From Peribolospora baueri (Eukaryota), in assembly GCA_029717555.1 (NCBI GenBank), contig JAMDHS010000124.1, positions 1 through 48,510 on the forward strand: DNA of 48,510 nucleotides. The letters run 5' to 3'. The translations under genes were made by a program, and so were the position numbers. The notes below the pieces were generated by a model, which was not told the origin of the DNA, did no database searches, and saw nothing but the letters and a program-made list of their open reading frames with translations. Positions 47,871-48,510 of this stretch are shown in pieces (within the stretch, counting starts at the first letter, position 1; every line of letters starts with the position of its first letter).

Positions 47871-48510
47871 ATGCAGGTGAGCACGCGCACCACAGCAGTC
47901 CATCTCGATCGTCGTCTCGCGTCACGCGGTCTGCTCACTCTCGTCGCGTCGCTCAACGCGTCTCGCGCCCGCGCGTCTTTCCCCTCCGTCAGCTCTACTC
48001 CCTCGTTGCTCTGGCCTTGGCCGCCAGCGCCGCTCACGCCGCCCATCCCCACCCGGCCGCTCGCAACGCCGCGCCCAACAACCTCCCTGACCGCCGCCAA
48101 CTCCCGGTCAACGGCCAAGCCCTCGATCTCGTTACTAGCACCGTCGGCGGTCTCACCAGCGGTGGCCTCCGTCGTCAGGAGGGCTCCGCTGCCCCGGCCG
48201 GCGGCGACAACTCCGCCGCTCCCGCCAGCGCTCCTGGCGCTTCTTCCGGTGGCAACCCGCTCAGCGGTCTCCTCGGTGGTCTTGGCGGTGGCCTCGCCGG
48301 CCGTCAGCTTCCCAACCTCGGCGGTGTGACCGACGCTCTCCCCCTCGGCGGACGTCAGCTCGACCCGAGCGGCGTGGTTAACATCGCTACTGGTCTCGTC
48401 GGCGGCGTCACCAGCGGTGGCCTCCGTCGTCAGGCGGACTCTTCTGCCCCCGCTGGTGGCGACGGCTCCGCCGCCCCGGCCAGCGGTGACAACTCCGCCG
48501 CTCCCGCCAA
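47871..48510 (+). CDS. Secreted Kex2-processed repeat protein (KEP / repellent-like precursor), 3' truncated by the window
   Basis: Exon 1 is ATGCAG, followed by a GTGAGC...TCAG intron (47877-47992). The product reads MQLYSLVALALAASAAHA-AHPHPAARNAAPNNLPDRR|QLPVNGQALDLVTSTVGGLTSGGLRR|QEGSAAPAGGDNSAAPA...GGLAGR|QLPNLGGVTDALPLGGR|QLDPSGVVNIATGLVGGVTSGGLRR|QADSSAPAGGD... Codon usage is strongly C/T-ending. Confidence 0.85.

Overview
This is intron-rich, GC-rich eukaryotic genomic DNA, most consistent with a basidiomycete fungus (GTGAGY/GTAAGY donors, CTRAY branch points, mostly 70-200 nt introns). I reconstructed about 20 spliced protein-coding genes by hand: SDR (partial), alternative oxidase, two 2OG-Fe(II) oxygenases, PAQR/IZH, a SIM+RING protein, RMD1/8 (DUF155), amino-acid permease, cupin, HAD, hot-dog thioesterase, HSL-type esterase, METTL6/Trm141-like methyltransferase, amidase, RPS20, several hypothetical proteins and a secreted repeat protein. 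There is also a ~1.5 kb patch of scrambled Ty3/gypsy fragments. Four observations stand out. (1) A precursor at 47871->48510, absent from the ORF track, has a signal peptide and repeated R(R)|Q sites that would release several Gln-initiated peptides (KEP/repellent-like). (2) An intron in the first 2OG oxygenase can only be removed cleanly with an AT donor (AT-AC or AT-AG). (3) A ~285 bp fold-back is built from two diverged gag copies inside the TE patch. (4) The AOX promoter carries two near-identical CGG-N7-CGG elements and three phased E-boxes. Gene models are manual predictions without transcript support, and family assignments come from motif recognition, not database searches.
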